A stretch of DNA of 64,000 nt, taken from the NCBI GenBank assembly GCA_977862235.1, contig OZ374564.1, forward strand, positions 1,178,001 through 1,242,000, in the 5' to 3' direction. A program made the translations under genes and the position numbers. Positions 29,901 through 40,446 of this stretch are shown piece after piece. The notes beneath the pieces were generated by a model. That model was not told the DNA's origin. It was given only the letters and a program-made list of their open reading frames with translations, and searched no databases. The stretch comes from Dudresnaya verticillata (lineage: Eukaryota). Position 1 is the stretch's first letter. Each line of letters opens with the position of its first letter.

Positions 29901-30785
29901 AACGGTCAGGTCGAACGATTCAATAAGACCCTTGTCCAACGGTTACGTCATTATGTCGCGGATCATCAGCGTGACTGGGACAGTTACGTGCATCCGCTTA
30001 CCTATGCGTATAACCTTCAGGTTCACCGCTCGACGGGTACTTCACCTTTTGATCTCGTCCTGTCCCGGCAACCTTCGGTTATACCTCTCCAAGGTTCCCC
30101 CACCACGGGTCTTACTAATCAGTTGGATTCTCAACTCACCGTTGCTTCTGTCAAGCGTTTAACCATTCGGAAACTTCAACAGGCCATTGCAACCGCTCGG
30201 GGCACCCTCACGGCTGCCCAACAACGGTATAAATCGGCCTTTGATACCTCCATGGCACGGCCTTTTTCGGTTACCATCGGTGATTGGGTCTATCTGGACC
30301 GTCCTAAGTTCACGAAACGCCAAGTTGGTGAACGACAGGCTTCCCTCGTCGACCCCGCCGAGGAGCAGAACCTTTCTAGGAAACTTTTGCCCAAAGCGAC
30401 CGGACCCTTTTTGGTTACAGCCGTTAATCCCAACCATACGGTTACGATTAAGCAATACGGGCTTTTTAATACCGTTTCGCAAGACCGTATTTCGGTTGAC
30501 CCTCATCGTGGACCCCGAACTCCCCTAGCCGACCCGGAGATAACGCAGGATGCGCCTTCGGCTCCTCCACCGCCTACTACCCAACCCCAGTCGGATTACT
30601 ATACAGTTGACCACTTGGTTAAGCACCGTGTCACCGACAGTGGTTACCAATACAAGGTTCGCTGGTATGGTTACGCCCCCAATGATGATACTTGGGAGCC
30701 CCCCGCGCACATCCCTCACAACTTTGTGTTACGCTACTGGCGCCGGCTTGACCAGACGCCACCGCCCGGAGCTGGGGGGGTGTAG
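26952..30785 (+). CDS. pol: Pol, unit 3
   Basis: As unit 2. Confidence 0.96.
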   Translation: MISARGVIDSGAGPNLVHVKILPNGWEKRAKPYKETTRSIVDASNNRILPLGVIPLYIRVGNLYTKTHFLVVANMPAEVILGTAFIDRHVTAIMPGPRRLLLKDAPAVPILGVSMGGITAPDATQPTVSTRVRIAKDWVIPPRSRSFVPVRTSASGLCLVQNIPRSLHKSLTIMENGIRDVLPMEVFPVLMTNFGDRPARLKKTQVVGHALPRPDQVLSIGTLQEAPQSDTQGEKPKAEPSWEDTVHIGVEDSATRSQIMEMLQEYQEMWSGQLGTIKATQHRIELMDGGKPIYQHPYRAGPKAREAEKAKVQRMLREGVIEPSGAEWASPVVLVAKPDGSLRFCVDYRRLNSITRRDSYPLPRMDECIDSLGDAKIFTTLDCNSGYWQVEVDPDDRDKTTFTCHEGLYRFIRMPFGLKNAPATFQRAVDIILSRCKWQYALVYLDDVVVYSRSINDHFHHLGTVLDLLRTAGVSLKLSKCKFFEASVDYLGHVIRPGKKLEVASKNVTALRQAKPPTDQTDLRSFLGVCNVYRRFVPNYVRIASPLCRKLRKDQPFTFESLAEDEYDAFDELRRRLLTAPILALPRKGFRYYVDTDACDLQVGCCLLQETEQGDKLPIGYWSRTLNSAERNYSATERECLAVVWSLLTLRPYLEGDRFTVRTDHEPLQWLLNLSDASGRLARWRLRLSEFDFLVTYNPGREHHLADTMSRLSTPGSDQTPLDDDIPCFALAVEHSTPRQLNLPTVRDLANQKGLPRQVNKQELLEAQSKDEYCQKMANQVGIAGSQFQWDHNGFLIRQATLDGALQIVVPKSLRPRILYLAHYPLLSGHPGGSRMYYTLRRQFYWPYMANDAYAVVGDCTKCVQNRGTVRKHQNYLKLFPAAGPLEFLAMDLAGPFPKTEHGNRFVLVITDRFSKLTRAIPLRNTNARTVAQVFLDHWVYPYGVPLYVLSDNGPQFVSKFFATICQTLGLRQLFTTAYHPQTNGQVERFNKTLVQRLRHYVADHQRDWDSYVHPLTYAYNLQVHRSTGTSPFDLVLSRQPSVIPLQGSPTTGLTNQLDSQLTVASVKRLTIRKLQQAIATARGTLTAAQQRYKSAFDTSMARPFSVTIGDWVYLDRPKFTKRQVGERQASLVDPAEEQNLSRKLLPKATGPFLVTAVNPNHTVTIKQYGLFNTVSQDRISVDPHRGPRTPLADPEITQDAPSAPPPPTTQPQSDYYTVDHLVKHRVTDSGYQYKVRWYGYAPNDDTWEPPAHIPHNFVLRYWRRLDQTPPPGAGGV

Positions 30786-31080
30786 GTGTCATGGATTTTC
30801 GCGGACCCCAAAGTACACATCGCGAAACGTCACTCAGAGAGTCAGCGCCACCCAATCAACAGGCTTCGCGACGGCGTTATCTCATGGAGTCAAATGAATC
30901 GGCACTAGGTCCTACCCCTCTTCACTTTTTCTATTTATTCTACGCTACTTGCCTACAGTACACTGCACTCTTTTAGAAACCAAGACAAAGGACAGCCACA
31001 CAGGGAGGTACAACACAAGACAGAAGATATTTTATTGGACACTCGTCAGGTCACCCTAGAGGCTCATCTAATTAGAGTAC

Positions 31081-31881
31081 CTACTGGTAACGGGAACGTT
31101 TCCCAACCGACTCCTCGAAGTCGCCCGAACGAGAAGACGCAAGGCGACGGGGTTGGAAAGGAGACGCCCTACGAGTCTCAGCAGGCGTGGTAGCTCCAGG
31201 AGTCGCTTCGGGCAGCGCCGCTCGGCTCCCTACCTCCACGGGAGTAGCCATACTGGTAGTAACCCCGGTAGGAAGAGGCTGCGTCACCTGATAGGTAGAG
31301 GAGCCAGCTGGAGTCTCCTTAGGCGGCCCCCCCACAACCATCTTGGTAATATCCGACGGAGCAGCGGATTGCCGTTCAGCTCCCTGAACGGGCCCCGGCG
31401 ACGCCAGAGCCAAAGGGTCACCCGGTTGATAGTTCACCACTTGGGTTAGCGAATCGGTCGCGCCACGAGCGGAAGTCTTCGGCTGAATATCGCTCTTGCG
31501 TAAGACCTCCCGGGTGAACTTGGTACAGGAGGTGACGAAACTCGTGGAGTTCTGCGGCATCGCCGCCGCCATGCTCGCAAGAGACGCCCGGACGTTGGCC
31601 ACTTCGGTTCCCAAACGGTCCATCGTTGCCATATGGTTACCCAGTTGGTTCACTTCGAAGTTCCCCATCTGGGCCACCTCCCGGAGTAACCAAGTCAGGA
31701 GGGCCTCCTTCGACACCCACTCCCGAGCGGCATCCAGAGCCTCCTCTACAGTTGCCGGTACCGGAACCTTTGCAGCGCGACACGCCTCTTGAAGTCGACC
31801 AAATTTAAGGTGACCAGAGGTAGAAAGGGTCGTTCCAGCTGGGACCGTCGCTGCACAAGAGGGACCACTCGGTGAAGCCAA
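31081..31881 (-). CDS. Antisense ORF distal part, unit 3
   Basis: As unit 1. Confidence 0.55.
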   Translation of the reverse strand: MASPSGPSCAATVPAGTTLSTSGHLKFGRLQEACRAAKVPVPATVEEALDAAREWVSKEALLTWLLREVAQMGNFEVNQLGNHMATMDRLGTEVANVRASLASMAAAMPQNSTSFVTSCTKFTREVLRKSDIQPKTSARGATDSLTQVVNYQPGDPLALASPGPVQGAERQSAAPSDITKMVVGGPPKETPAGSSTYQVTQPLPTGVTTSMATPVEVGSRAALPEATPGATTPAETRRASPFQPRRLASSRSGDFEESVGKRSRYQ

Positions 31882-31893
31882 TGGGTTAACTTG

Positions 31894-33309
31894 TCAAGCC
31901 GCTGCTTCGCGAGTGACCATCGGGGGTATGCCAGTGGAGGGTGCCCGTGCGGGTGTCGCCGGACGCGCTTCACGCATTTGCGTTACTGTCCCCGGTGCCG
32001 CTCGTGGCTTTGGAGTCCCCGGACGCGCCCCCAGACCCAGGCGCGCAGTCCTCGCTGGAGTCACTGGCCCTGACGCTGCTCGCGCCCGGTCGGGGTAACC
32101 ACTGTAGGTGGGTGCCTCATCGTCGTCGACCACTTGGTTTCTCTCCGAGTTCGGCCCCATGTGACCCCAGCCACGACCCATATTCCCTGCCTCCCCAAAG
32201 GAGTAGAGAGGCGGACCAGGACGGTTGTCAACGATATGTCGCCTACCAAATCGGCCAACCGCTTCGGCAACCTCAGGGTCATACGCAACCCAGACCTCGC
32301 CGGCGGCCCACTTGAAGGTCTCCGATGCGGTTAGTAGTCCCGCCAAGTCGTCACCCGCAAAGGTACTACCCCCACAAATGAGGTCAACCCCGAGGGTGCG
32401 AATGGCCTCGATGAGTGTCTTGGACAAGCGGAAGAGACGACCATCCGGTAGACCATCTTGGGTATGATAACCAGCTTCGGTATAGGGCGTCGCGTCCCAC
32501 ATGCCAAAGTAGGCTGCCTGAAGAAAGGCCAGTGCTACGTGGAGTACCTGCTCGGTTTTGGAGATTGACCACACCGGGTAATACCACTTCGCCGCAGATT
32601 CACGCGCATGGGCGCTGAAGTACACCAAAACTCCTGGAGTTAACGACGGCAAGGAGCGCGGACCTTCGATGGCGTGCCACCAGCTGGGTTTCTTCACATA
32701 GTAATCACGACGCCGACCCATGGGGATATTCCACATTTCGACGTTGTGAAACCCCGCTAGGAGAGCATCGGTACGGTTGCGGATGCGCGTCTCCGTCCAG
32801 ATATCCACTGCCCACCGCTCGGTCAACCACCACAGGTCGGGAAAAGGCTTCGACTCCAGGAGTGACTCAGGAAGTAACTTGATCTCGTTCACCCACTGGT
32901 TACCCTCAAGGAAGCGGTAGAGAGAGGGGACGTAGTCTTCTTCGAACCCGACACGCAGCCACTTGAGGTCACTACCATAATGGTTCGGAACGAGGACGCT
33001 TGGCGGACAGTGACGCAGACGCGCAACCCACTGGTTCTCGCGCTTACCCTCGGGGATCGCCCGGAAGCGGTAGGTGTCCGGATGGGTGTCCACGAGGTAA
33101 CCTTGGAGTGGGAACTGCTCCAGCACCTCCTGGTTGGAAAACGCCGACAAACCGCCGTGGCCACCCATGGGGGAAGACTGGGCCATCGCGGCGTAGTAAC
33201 CTCCGCGGCTTACGCAAGGCGTGACTGGAAAGACCACGTCGGGGTTGGAGAAACGACGGCGACGGGGTGGTGAACGGCGTGGTGTTGGTTGTGGTTGACG
33301 TGGGACCAT
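31894..33309 (-). CDS. Antisense ORF proximal part, unit 3
   Basis: As unit 1. Confidence 0.75.
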   Translation of the reverse strand: MVPRQPQPTPRRSPPRRRRFSNPDVVFPVTPCVSRGGYYAAMAQSSPMGGHGGLSAFSNQEVLEQFPLQGYLVDTHPDTYRFRAIPEGKRENQWVARLRHCPPSVLVPNHYGSDLKWLRVGFEEDYVPSLYRFLEGNQWVNEIKLLPESLLESKPFPDLWWLTERWAVDIWTETRIRNRTDALLAGFHNVEMWNIPMGRRRDYYVKKPSWWHAIEGPRSLPSLTPGVLVYFSAHARESAAKWYYPVWSISKTEQVLHVALAFLQAAYFGMWDATPYTEAGYHTQDGLPDGRLFRLSKTLIEAIRTLGVDLICGGSTFAGDDLAGLLTASETFKWAAGEVWVAYDPEVAEAVGRFGRRHIVDNRPGPPLYSFGEAGNMGRGWGHMGPNSERNQVVDDDEAPTYSGYPDRARAASGPVTPARTARLGLGARPGTPKPRAAPGTVTQMREARPATPARAPSTGIPPMVTREAAA

Positions 33310-33494
33310 GTTGGAAAACCCTTTGAGGTGATGCTGCTGCGGAAGAGAAGTACTGCTGCACGCGGGATCGATTGTCGGCCGACGACGGTCATGGGCGTCG
33401 AACCGTCTGGATACCAAACGGTTATGATTTCGCGCGAAACGCGTGCAGGCTGCCCTGGCGTCCCGAGGACGGGCCGCAATCTCGGGGGGAGCTC

Positions 33495-34013
33495 TGTAAT
33501 ACAGTGAAGGGCTTACAGAAGTGGGCCCTCTGCCCGCGTGTATGCGCGAAAATAGCGTTACCTATAGGGCGCCAGCAGGGACAAGATGGGTAGCCTATGA
33601 TTGGTCCAAGTGTCACCCTGCAGGTCAGTAGCTTAGTATCTGTCTATTTATTTTAGAAATTATAGCTTAGGATAGGGGGCGTGTATATAGCCCAGTATGA
33701 GGGGTGCTGCCTGACAGTCGGAGTACCATATAAGGGTATCTCCCGTAGCGGTCACTGAACAGTAAAGGTAAGCACCTTCCGGCCCCAACTACGTCTCCAA
33801 GCTATCGGCACCGCAGCACACTTGTCACCCGTGCCCGGTTAACCGCCCGCCCAGTGAACTACCTTCAGTATCGTGCTTCCAATCAGGTTACGTGCCCTCG
33901 TCTCCCCTCTGGGTTCCTCCCGCTCTACCACCGCTACCAGGTACCCGCTCTGTGGCTTTCTCATTGAGTGCACTCTTTGAGTTCACAAGAGACCCAAAAG
34001 GCACTTCCTTACA
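33495..34013 (+). repeat. LTR 4 (shared)
   Basis: As LTR 2. Confidence 0.95.
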
Positions 34014-34128
34014 TCTGGTCTCCCGACCTAGAACTTCAAGGTTGATGAGCCGTTAAGAGGACGACGAATATCGTAACCCAATTGGATACTGAAGAAAATC
34101 AACCCACCAAGGCCCCTGTTACTCCAAG

Positions 34129-36162
34129 ATGTCAACTCACTCTCAAAGTAGTTCCCGTCGTGGTCAGAAGGCGGAGCAGACCCCATTGGTCCCCCCAGTT
34201 GAGGACCCGGAGTCTTTTCTCCACCCTCCGAGAACTCCTGGAGTAGAACAAGAGGAACCGCCTGGTCAAGCATCCACCAATCCCGTAACAGGTAAACCCT
34301 TAGCCGGTCCTTCGAAAGAAGTCGCAAGGCAGCCCCCGCTACATTCCAACCGTAACCATTGGGTCAATACTGATCTGATGCCCCGTCTGATCAACTGGCT
34401 ACATGATGCGTTGACCCTTCGGTTACCTCAAACGGTTGAACCACTAGTGGGACACTTTCTAGAGGAACAAGGTCCAAGGACACTCTCAGAGTTTGCCGCC
34501 ACGGCTACTGACAAGTTAGTCCAGTCATGGACCACTCAGCCGGACAGTAGTCCAATCTATGGGATGCTTACCAAAATGGTTCCCCCGTTGGTCGCTCAGT
34601 CTCTCGAGGCCTATGGGCAAGCAGCGGACCCTTCAACTGGACCAAAGTCTAAACCCACAGGGGAAACCAAAGTGGAAAATAAGGAGGATGATGTCGTCCC
34701 TCCTAGCATCGTTCTACCAACCAAAACTGGTGATATAAAAAAGGAACCCGAAGGGGGTTTGTCGGACTCCGAAGGTAGTAAGAGTAACCGACAAGGATCG
34801 AAGTCCAAGAATTCTAAAAAGAAGAAGAAGAAGGACAAACGAAAGAAAAATAAGAAGAAACATCACTCATCTGAGTCTGACTCATCGTCAGTTACCTCAG
34901 ATGGTTCAAGTTCGGATGATTCATCCGATGATGACCGACGGCGCCGTCGCCGGTCGTCTAAACCTACAAAGGTCAGGAGGATTAAACCCCTTAACGACCT
35001 ATTTACCCGAGTGGTTAGCTTTCAAAGTTACCGATTAGACAACCGCTCAAGGCTTTACTCTTCGAGAATCTCTCGGAAAGTAAATACCTACTATAAGAGG
35101 ATGGCTATTCAGATGCCACCCTCTCGGTTTTCGGGGGTAGACCCGATTAACACCTTGGGTTTCCTAGCAAGGTTCAAGCATGCCTGTAACCACAATGATA
35201 TCCATGAAGGAGCTGCCGTTTGGTTACTACAATATTTTATGGCAGGAACCGCAAGGGACAACCTTCAGGCGAGGCTCCAGACAAGAACCAGTATGGTCGT
35301 AGACTATGAAGATGAGGGAGATTTATTAACAACGTACCCTGAAGTGGTTAATTACCTTTTGGAAACTTATGCTACCGATGAGGTTATTGCACTAGCCTAT
35401 GCCGACGTGATTTCGTTGCGACAAGCAGAGGGCAAAACGGAACGGGACTTCGCAGAGTTAGTAAGAGCCAGAGCTCGCCGTTGCGGGTCGGTGTTCACTG
35501 AACACCGCCTCAAGGCGATCTTCGTTGATGGGCTCCTCCCTAGTATCCGTGCACCGGTTCGTAACCGATTGGCTTCCTCAAAGAGTTTGTCCTACACCCA
35601 TATTACACAGTATGCACAAGATCTTGGGGAAGCTCACAGGAGTACACGTGGGACGACTAACCTAAAGGGTAAAAGGGGAGTAATTCCCGTCGCCGCGGTT
35701 AGCTTCGAGAAACCGCCGTCTCACTCCGTGAGTACGTCGACAGCTACCTCCGAGGGTTTACCGGGAATGGAAGACATTCATGAAGAGGAGATTTTCCAAC
35801 TTGGTGAAGAATTATCTAACCAGTCTATGACACCCCCGTCTTCGATAACCACAGTAGGATCCCGAGATGGTGCGCCGATACGGGCATGTTGGATCTGTGT
35901 TAATCCAGACCACATGGCACATGAATGTCCATTGGTAACCCCCGCGGTTCGCGCTGGCATAATTGCTTCCAGAAGGCAAAACCTCTATGGTTTAGCTCGG
36001 GCCCGAGCCATGCAAGGTAATCGACAAGGTAACCCCGGGGCCTCCTCCTCAACCGGCCATCCGGGCCCCACCCAGGCTAGACGCACGGGATCACCCTCAG
36101 TGGAGCCCTCAAAGGCAGCTCAAGGAGTTTCCATTGCGGAAAACGTGGAGGAGGAGGCATAA
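34129..36162 (+). CDS. gag: Gag, unit 4
   Basis: As unit 1. Confidence 0.93.
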   Translation: MSTHSQSSSRRGQKAEQTPLVPPVEDPESFLHPPRTPGVEQEEPPGQASTNPVTGKPLAGPSKEVARQPPLHSNRNHWVNTDLMPRLINWLHDALTLRLPQTVEPLVGHFLEEQGPRTLSEFAATATDKLVQSWTTQPDSSPIYGMLTKMVPPLVAQSLEAYGQAADPSTGPKSKPTGETKVENKEDDVVPPSIVLPTKTGDIKKEPEGGLSDSEGSKSNRQGSKSKNSKKKKKKDKRKKNKKKHHSSESDSSSVTSDGSSSDDSSDDDRRRRRRSSKPTKVRRIKPLNDLFTRVVSFQSYRLDNRSRLYSSRISRKVNTYYKRMAIQMPPSRFSGVDPINTLGFLARFKHACNHNDIHEGAAVWLLQYFMAGTARDNLQARLQTRTSMVVDYEDEGDLLTTYPEVVNYLLETYATDEVIALAYADVISLRQAEGKTERDFAELVRARARRCGSVFTEHRLKAIFVDGLLPSIRAPVRNRLASSKSLSYTHITQYAQDLGEAHRSTRGTTNLKGKRGVIPVAAVSFEKPPSHSVSTSTATSEGLPGMEDIHEEEIFQLGEELSNQSMTPPSSITTVGSRDGAPIRACWICVNPDHMAHECPLVTPAVRAGIIASRRQNLYGLARARAMQGNRQGNPGASSSTGHPGPTQARRTGSPSVEPSKAAQGVSIAENVEEEA

Positions 36163-36317
36163 CGACGCATGCCCCCTCCTCAAATATGCGCCTTCCAGAA
36201 CCCGTATTACGACCCGATGTCGTGGATAACCTGGAGGGTGATGACTATGATGAAGTATGTTTACTTAAGAAGCAAAACTACAAAGTGGATCTATCGTTAG
36301 GGGTCTGGTCATCTTAG

Positions 36318-39300
36318 ATGATATCCGCAAGGGGCGTGATTGATTCTGGCGCCGGACCCAATCTGGTTCATGTTAAAATTTTACCTAATGGTTGGGAAAA
36401 GCGAGCCAAACCCTATAAGGAAACCACGCGTAGCATCGTTGACGCTTCTAATAATCGAATATTACCTCTAGGAGTCATCCCCTTGTATATCCGTGTCGGT
36501 AATCTCTATACGAAGACCCATTTTCTGGTTGTTGCTAATATGCCTGCCGAAGTTATACTTGGTACAGCCTTCATCGATCGGCATGTCACAGCCATCATGC
36601 CGGGACCCCGAAGGTTACTCTTGAAGGATGCCCCAGCCGTACCTATCCTCGGTGTTTCCATGGGAGGAATTACTGCTCCCGATGCCACACAACCAACGGT
36701 TTCTACCAGAGTGAGAATAGCCAAAGACTGGGTCATACCTCCTAGGTCACGTTCATTCGTGCCGGTGAGAACCAGCGCATCTGGATTATGCCTGGTTCAA
36801 AATATCCCGCGGTCACTACATAAGTCGTTAACCATTATGGAAAACGGGATCAGGGACGTTCTTCCGATGGAAGTTTTCCCTGTGCTAATGACCAATTTTG
36901 GTGATCGCCCTGCTCGCTTGAAAAAGACGCAAGTAGTAGGCCATGCGTTACCACGGCCGGATCAGGTTTTGAGCATTGGAACTTTACAAGAAGCTCCCCA
37001 GTCGGATACCCAGGGGGAGAAGCCAAAGGCGGAACCCAGTTGGGAAGACACTGTCCATATAGGTGTCGAAGACAGTGCTACTCGATCCCAAATCATGGAA
37101 ATGCTTCAAGAGTATCAAGAAATGTGGTCAGGCCAACTGGGCACCATTAAGGCCACTCAGCACAGGATTGAGTTGATGGACGGGGGAAAACCCATCTATC
37201 AACACCCTTATAGAGCTGGCCCTAAAGCTCGGGAAGCCGAAAAGGCGAAAGTACAACGAATGTTACGCGAAGGCGTTATTGAACCCTCTGGGGCAGAATG
37301 GGCCAGTCCCGTAGTCCTGGTGGCCAAACCGGATGGGTCTCTACGTTTTTGCGTCGACTATCGCCGACTTAATAGTATTACTCGGAGAGATTCCTATCCG
37401 TTACCTCGAATGGACGAATGTATCGACTCGCTGGGAGACGCTAAGATATTTACGACGCTCGACTGTAATAGTGGCTATTGGCAAGTTGAAGTCGATCCCG
37501 ACGATCGCGATAAGACGACGTTCACCTGCCACGAAGGATTATACCGTTTTATCAGGATGCCATTTGGTCTCAAGAATGCGCCCGCCACATTCCAACGGGC
37601 AGTCGACATTATATTATCTCGATGCAAGTGGCAATACGCTTTGGTTTACCTCGACGACGTTGTTGTGTACTCTCGGAGTATTAATGACCACTTCCACCAT
37701 TTAGGTACTGTGCTTGATCTACTAAGAACCGCAGGGGTTTCTCTTAAGTTATCTAAGTGTAAGTTCTTCGAGGCGTCCGTCGATTACCTCGGCCATGTCA
37801 TACGCCCAGGAAAAAAGCTGGAAGTCGCCTCCAAGAACGTTACCGCACTACGCCAGGCGAAACCTCCCACGGATCAAACCGATTTAAGGTCATTTCTTGG
37901 AGTATGTAACGTCTATCGACGCTTCGTCCCTAATTATGTACGCATTGCGTCTCCGCTCTGCAGGAAACTCCGCAAGGATCAACCCTTCACTTTTGAGTCA
38001 CTCGCAGAGGATGAATACGACGCCTTCGACGAACTCCGGCGTCGTCTTTTAACGGCACCCATATTGGCGTTACCTCGAAAGGGATTCCGTTATTACGTAG
38101 ATACCGATGCGTGCGACCTTCAGGTTGGCTGTTGTTTACTTCAAGAAACCGAACAAGGGGATAAGCTGCCTATTGGTTATTGGAGTCGCACTCTTAATTC
38201 CGCCGAGCGTAATTATTCGGCTACCGAACGGGAATGTCTCGCCGTTGTATGGAGTCTTTTAACACTCCGACCTTACCTTGAAGGTGACCGCTTTACGGTT
38301 AGAACCGACCACGAACCACTTCAGTGGTTGCTAAACCTCTCGGATGCATCGGGTCGCCTAGCCCGTTGGCGTTTACGACTCTCGGAGTTCGACTTCCTAG
38401 TCACCTATAATCCTGGAAGGGAACATCATTTGGCAGACACCATGTCACGGCTTTCGACTCCAGGGAGTGACCAAACCCCATTAGACGATGACATCCCCTG
38501 TTTTGCCCTCGCGGTTGAACATAGCACCCCGCGTCAGCTCAATTTACCCACCGTCCGTGACTTGGCAAACCAAAAGGGTTTACCCCGTCAGGTTAATAAG
38601 CAAGAACTCCTCGAGGCACAATCAAAGGATGAGTACTGCCAAAAGATGGCTAACCAAGTTGGTATCGCTGGCTCCCAATTCCAGTGGGACCATAATGGTT
38701 TTCTAATCCGCCAAGCGACACTCGATGGAGCACTTCAGATAGTAGTGCCAAAGTCCCTGCGTCCCCGCATCCTATATTTGGCCCACTATCCTCTCCTCTC
38801 TGGACACCCTGGTGGTTCAAGGATGTACTACACCCTCCGGCGACAGTTTTATTGGCCGTATATGGCTAATGACGCATATGCCGTTGTGGGTGACTGTACT
38901 AAGTGTGTCCAAAATCGGGGTACCGTACGGAAACATCAGAACTACCTTAAGCTATTTCCCGCCGCTGGCCCACTGGAATTCCTTGCTATGGATCTCGCGG
39001 GACCTTTCCCCAAAACAGAGCACGGCAACCGTTTCGTCCTGGTTATTACCGATCGGTTTTCTAAGCTTACGCGCGCCATACCTTTACGGAATACCAATGC
39101 CCGCACGGTCGCACAAGTTTTTCTGGACCACTGGGTCTACCCTTACGGTGTCCCGTTATATGTGCTTTCCGATAATGGTCCACAGTTCGTGTCCAAGTTC
39201 TTCGCCACGATCTGCCAAACCCTGGGGTTACGTCAGTTATTCACAACCGCTTACCACCCCCAGACCAACGGTCAGGTCGAACGATTCAATAAGACCCTTG

Positions 39301-40151
39301 TCCAACGGTTACGTCATTATGTCGCGGATCATCAGCGTGACTGGGACAGTTACGTGCATCCGCTTACCTATGCGTATAACCTTCAGGTTCACCGCTCGAC
39401 GGGTACTTCACCTTTTGATCTCGTCCTGTCCCGGCAACCTTCGGTTATACCTCTCCAAGGTTCCCCCACCACGGGTCTTACTAATCAGTTGGATTCTCAA
39501 CTCACCGTTGCTTCTGTCAAGCGTTTAACCATTCGGAAACTTCAACAGGCCATTGCAACCGCTCGGGGCACCCTCACGGCTGCCCAACAACGGTATAAAT
39601 CGGCCTTTGATACCTCCATGGCACGGCCTTTTTCGGTTACCATCGGTGATTGGGTCTATCTGGACCGTCCTAAGTTCACGAAACGCCAAGTTGGTGAACG
39701 ACAGGCTTCCCTCGTCGACCCCGCCGAGGAGCAGAACCTTTCTAGGAAACTTTTGCCCAAAGCGACCGGACCCTTTTTGGTTACAGCCGTTAATCCCAAC
39801 CATACGGTTACGATTAAGCAATACGGGCTTTTTAATACCGTTTCGCAAGACCGTATTTCGGTTGACCCTCATCGTGGACCCCGAACTCCCCTAGCCGACC
39901 CGGAGATAACGCAGGATGCGCCTTCGGCTCCTCCACCGCCTACTACCCAACCCCAGTCGGATTACTATACAGTTGACCACTTGGTTAAGCACCGTGTCAC
40001 CGACAGTGGTTACCAATACAAGGTTCGCTGGTATGGTTACGCCCCCAATGATGATACTTGGGAGCCCCCCGCGCACATCCCTCACAACTTTGTGTTACGC
40101 TACTGGCGCCGGCTTGACCAGACGCCACCGCCCGGAGCTGGGGGGGTGTAG
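36318..40151 (+). CDS. pol: Pol, unit 4
   Basis: As unit 2. Confidence 0.96.
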   Translation: MISARGVIDSGAGPNLVHVKILPNGWEKRAKPYKETTRSIVDASNNRILPLGVIPLYIRVGNLYTKTHFLVVANMPAEVILGTAFIDRHVTAIMPGPRRLLLKDAPAVPILGVSMGGITAPDATQPTVSTRVRIAKDWVIPPRSRSFVPVRTSASGLCLVQNIPRSLHKSLTIMENGIRDVLPMEVFPVLMTNFGDRPARLKKTQVVGHALPRPDQVLSIGTLQEAPQSDTQGEKPKAEPSWEDTVHIGVEDSATRSQIMEMLQEYQEMWSGQLGTIKATQHRIELMDGGKPIYQHPYRAGPKAREAEKAKVQRMLREGVIEPSGAEWASPVVLVAKPDGSLRFCVDYRRLNSITRRDSYPLPRMDECIDSLGDAKIFTTLDCNSGYWQVEVDPDDRDKTTFTCHEGLYRFIRMPFGLKNAPATFQRAVDIILSRCKWQYALVYLDDVVVYSRSINDHFHHLGTVLDLLRTAGVSLKLSKCKFFEASVDYLGHVIRPGKKLEVASKNVTALRQAKPPTDQTDLRSFLGVCNVYRRFVPNYVRIASPLCRKLRKDQPFTFESLAEDEYDAFDELRRRLLTAPILALPRKGFRYYVDTDACDLQVGCCLLQETEQGDKLPIGYWSRTLNSAERNYSATERECLAVVWSLLTLRPYLEGDRFTVRTDHEPLQWLLNLSDASGRLARWRLRLSEFDFLVTYNPGREHHLADTMSRLSTPGSDQTPLDDDIPCFALAVEHSTPRQLNLPTVRDLANQKGLPRQVNKQELLEAQSKDEYCQKMANQVGIAGSQFQWDHNGFLIRQATLDGALQIVVPKSLRPRILYLAHYPLLSGHPGGSRMYYTLRRQFYWPYMANDAYAVVGDCTKCVQNRGTVRKHQNYLKLFPAAGPLEFLAMDLAGPFPKTEHGNRFVLVITDRFSKLTRAIPLRNTNARTVAQVFLDHWVYPYGVPLYVLSDNGPQFVSKFFATICQTLGLRQLFTTAYHPQTNGQVERFNKTLVQRLRHYVADHQRDWDSYVHPLTYAYNLQVHRSTGTSPFDLVLSRQPSVIPLQGSPTTGLTNQLDSQLTVASVKRLTIRKLQQAIATARGTLTAAQQRYKSAFDTSMARPFSVTIGDWVYLDRPKFTKRQVGERQASLVDPAEEQNLSRKLLPKATGPFLVTAVNPNHTVTIKQYGLFNTVSQDRISVDPHRGPRTPLADPEITQDAPSAPPPPTTQPQSDYYTVDHLVKHRVTDSGYQYKVRWYGYAPNDDTWEPPAHIPHNFVLRYWRRLDQTPPPGAGGV

Positions 40152-40446
40152 GTGTCATGGATTTTCGCGGACCCCAAAGTACACATCGCGAAACGTCACT
40201 CAGAGAGTCAGCGCCACCCAATCAACAGGCTTCGCGACGGCGTTATCTCATGGAGTCAAATGAATCGGCACTAGGTCCTACCCCTCTTCACTTTTTCTAT
40301 TTATTCTACGCTACTTGCCTACAGTACACTGCACTCTTTTAGAAACCAAGACAAAGGACAGCCACACAGGGAGGTACAACACAAGACAGAAGATATTTTA
40401 TTGGACACTCGTCAGGTCACCCTAGAGGCTCATCTAATTAGAGTAC

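Larger units (their letters stand above)
24129..34013 (+). mobile_element. Gypsy chromovirus unit 3
   Basis: Same structure. Confidence 0.97.
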